Shown: piece by piece, positions 62,436-64,000 of the stretch
Layout of the letters: every line of letters begins with the position of its first letter
Position numbering within the stretch: the first letter of the stretch is position 1
Source: an uncultured Acidobacteriota bacterium
GTDB lineage: Bacteria; Acidobacteriota; UBA6911; RPQK01; JAPXNP01
Length of the DNA: 64,000 nt
Assembly (NCBI GenBank): GCA_963777605.1
Contig: CAVZRV010000028.1
Location: 64,001-128,000 of the forward strand
Reading direction: 5' to 3'
Translations under genes and position numbers: made by a program
The notes under the pieces: model-generated
What the model saw: the letters and a program-made list of their open reading frames with translations, nothing else
Databases searched by the model: none
What the model was told of the DNA's origin: nothing

Positions 62436-63517
62436 TCGCCCGATGGCCGCTCTGGATCACTCAGGGGCTGCTCTTGGTCTCGCTCTCGATAACGGGTTCC
62501 TGCGCCCTGGGCCGGCACAAAGCCTGGCCGGATAAGACCTGGGACAGAGTCCCGGATCTCGCGTCCGCCGGATGGGATGTCGACAAACTGCGTGATCTAC
62601 GATTGTTTGCAGAGCACGAGGGCACGGCATCACTCCTCGTAGTCCAAGACGGCCGGATCGTTCTCTCATACGGCGACATCAAGCGCCCGCTGAAGGCCCA
62701 TTCGATCCGGAAGAGTCTGGTCAGTGCCCTCTACGGCACCTACCTGGGAAGGTTGAACTTGAACACCACCCTGGAGCAAGTCGGAATCGATGACTATGGC
62801 CGCCTGACACCCCAGGAGAAAAGTGCAACGGCTCGGGATCTGCTGATGGCTCGATCGGGTGTCTTTCTGCCCGGGGCCTATGAGAACCACGCCTTCGATC
62901 GGTTTCGCCCAAAGCGCGGCACCTACCCTCCAGGAGCCCGCTGGAGTTACCAGAACTGGGACTTCAATGTTGCCGGATTCATTCTCGAATTGATGACCGG
63001 CGACAACCTGTTTCGTTCCTTTCGAGACCGAATTGCCGCGCCGATCGGCATGCAGGACTACGACATCCAGGACATGCGCTGGCGGTACGACCCGCGAACG
63101 TGGCATCCCGCCTATCTTTTCCGCATCAGCACGAGAGACCTTGCTCGATTCGGCCTGCTCTTCCTGAGAGGTGGCCGCTGGAAAGACCATCAGATCATTC
63201 CCGCAACCTGGGTCTACGAGTCGACAAGATGGCACTCGCAGGTGCGCAAACCGGACGGAACCCTCCTCCCAGGTTCGGGCTACGGATACATGTGGTGGGT
63301 GGGAGACAGCACGCTTCCCCCGAAACTGTCAGATCAACTTTACGCTGCCGTCGGAACCGGGGAACAGTTTCTTGGGGTGCTCCCCAGACTGGGCATCGTC
63401 TTCGTACACCGAACCGACACGGATCTCCCGCCCGAAGAATTCAACACAGTCGATCACTCAGACATTATGACGATGTTGAAGATGGTTGCTGAGGCGTACG
63501 ATCCTGAACGCGAATAG
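62432..63517 (+). CDS. Serine hydrolase, beta-lactamase/AmpC-like family
   Basis: SIRK (SxxK), WSYQN (YxN), STRDLARFG and YGYMWW. Start overlaps the upstream stop. Confidence 0.9.
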   Translation: MIARWPLWITQGLLLVSLSITGSCALGRHKAWPDKTWDRVPDLASAGWDVDKLRDLRLFAEHEGTASLLVVQDGRIVLSYGDIKRPLKAHSIRKSLVSALYGTYLGRLNLNTTLEQVGIDDYGRLTPQEKSATARDLLMARSGVFLPGAYENHAFDRFRPKRGTYPPGARWSYQNWDFNVAGFILELMTGDNLFRSFRDRIAAPIGMQDYDIQDMRWRYDPRTWHPAYLFRISTRDLARFGLLFLRGGRWKDHQIIPATWVYESTRWHSQVRKPDGTLLPGSGYGYMWWVGDSTLPPKLSDQLYAAVGTGEQFLGVLPRLGIVFVHRTDTDLPPEEFNTVDHSDIMTMLKMVAEAYDPERE

Positions 63518-63847
63518 GTAGACACTCAGAAATGATTGGGTCGTGCAGGCTATGGAAAAACGAATTCCAATTCTTGAGATCTACGCACTCGTGATGACTT
63601 TGGTGGTGTAACGAGGAATCCTCAATCAAGCCATCCTCATTCCGCCCGTCTCGACTGGGTGCCCTCTGAGGCATCAAGAGGGTTGCTCATCCTTGGCGTC
63701 CTCTATATGATCCATGCAAGAATTGGCCGTGGATTCGCGGAATCAGGACTGGCATCCTGGCTGCGCGGCGAATCTGAAGAATCACACGTCTAAAGACCTT
63801 CTACCAGCGACTGGATCGGCCGTTGCTGCAGTCCAGGGAGAACCAGA

Positions 63848-64000
63848 ATGGAAAACGTCATCCAAAACCTCAATCAATGGGTCGTCACGTATGGACTGAA
63901 TGTGGTCGGCGCGATCCTCATCCTCATTATCGGCCGTGTCGTTGCGGGTATCTTGCGCAATGTTACGCTCCGAGGACTGAGGAAGGGCAATGTCGATGAA
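63848..64000 (+). CDS. MscS-family mechanosensitive channel, N-terminal part (runs off window)
   Basis: MENVIQNLNQWVVTYGLNVVGAILILIIGRVVAGILR...KGNVDE resembles MscS TM1; RBS GGGAG. Confidence 0.6.
   Translation, partial: MENVIQNLNQWVVTYGLNVVGAILILIIGRVVAGILRNVTLRGLRKGNVDE

Noticed and set aside
62432-63517. Antibiotic-resistance beta-lactamase
   Set aside because: Only generic SxxK/YxN serine-hydrolase motifs are seen and no KTG triad; most such proteins are esterases or peptidases.

Overview
GC-rich bacterial window. The gene content suggests Acidobacteriota, but that is inference only. Many single-base indels split genes, probably from long-read errors. Left half (1-28 kb): a block of secreted/surface proteins, including two minus-strand operons in which two cohesin-bearing proteins precede a protein ending in a dockerin. 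A shared uncharacterised ~220-aa 'FPQ...LLTTFPV' module recurs in these proteins; mltF and a divergent lgt lie among them. Middle (28-43 kb): GH16, C69 dipeptidase, PadR/permease, a Doc toxin-antitoxin pair, sulfatase, CAP protein and GH109. Right half (43.7-61 kb): a dispersed lasso-peptide gene cluster with cyclase, B2 protease, HPr-kinase-like kinase, sulfotransferase, ATP-grasp protein and ABC exporter. Its centre is a ~1.6-1.7 kb tandem duplication of [REP-like hairpin array + RRE + precursor], giving two predicted cores: GKASFISLETKYQSGPS and, after indel correction, GKIVVPSSETLGTKYNSAPS. Three distinct families of extragenic palindromic/short repeats are present. No rRNA, tRNA, CRISPR array or transposase was seen.
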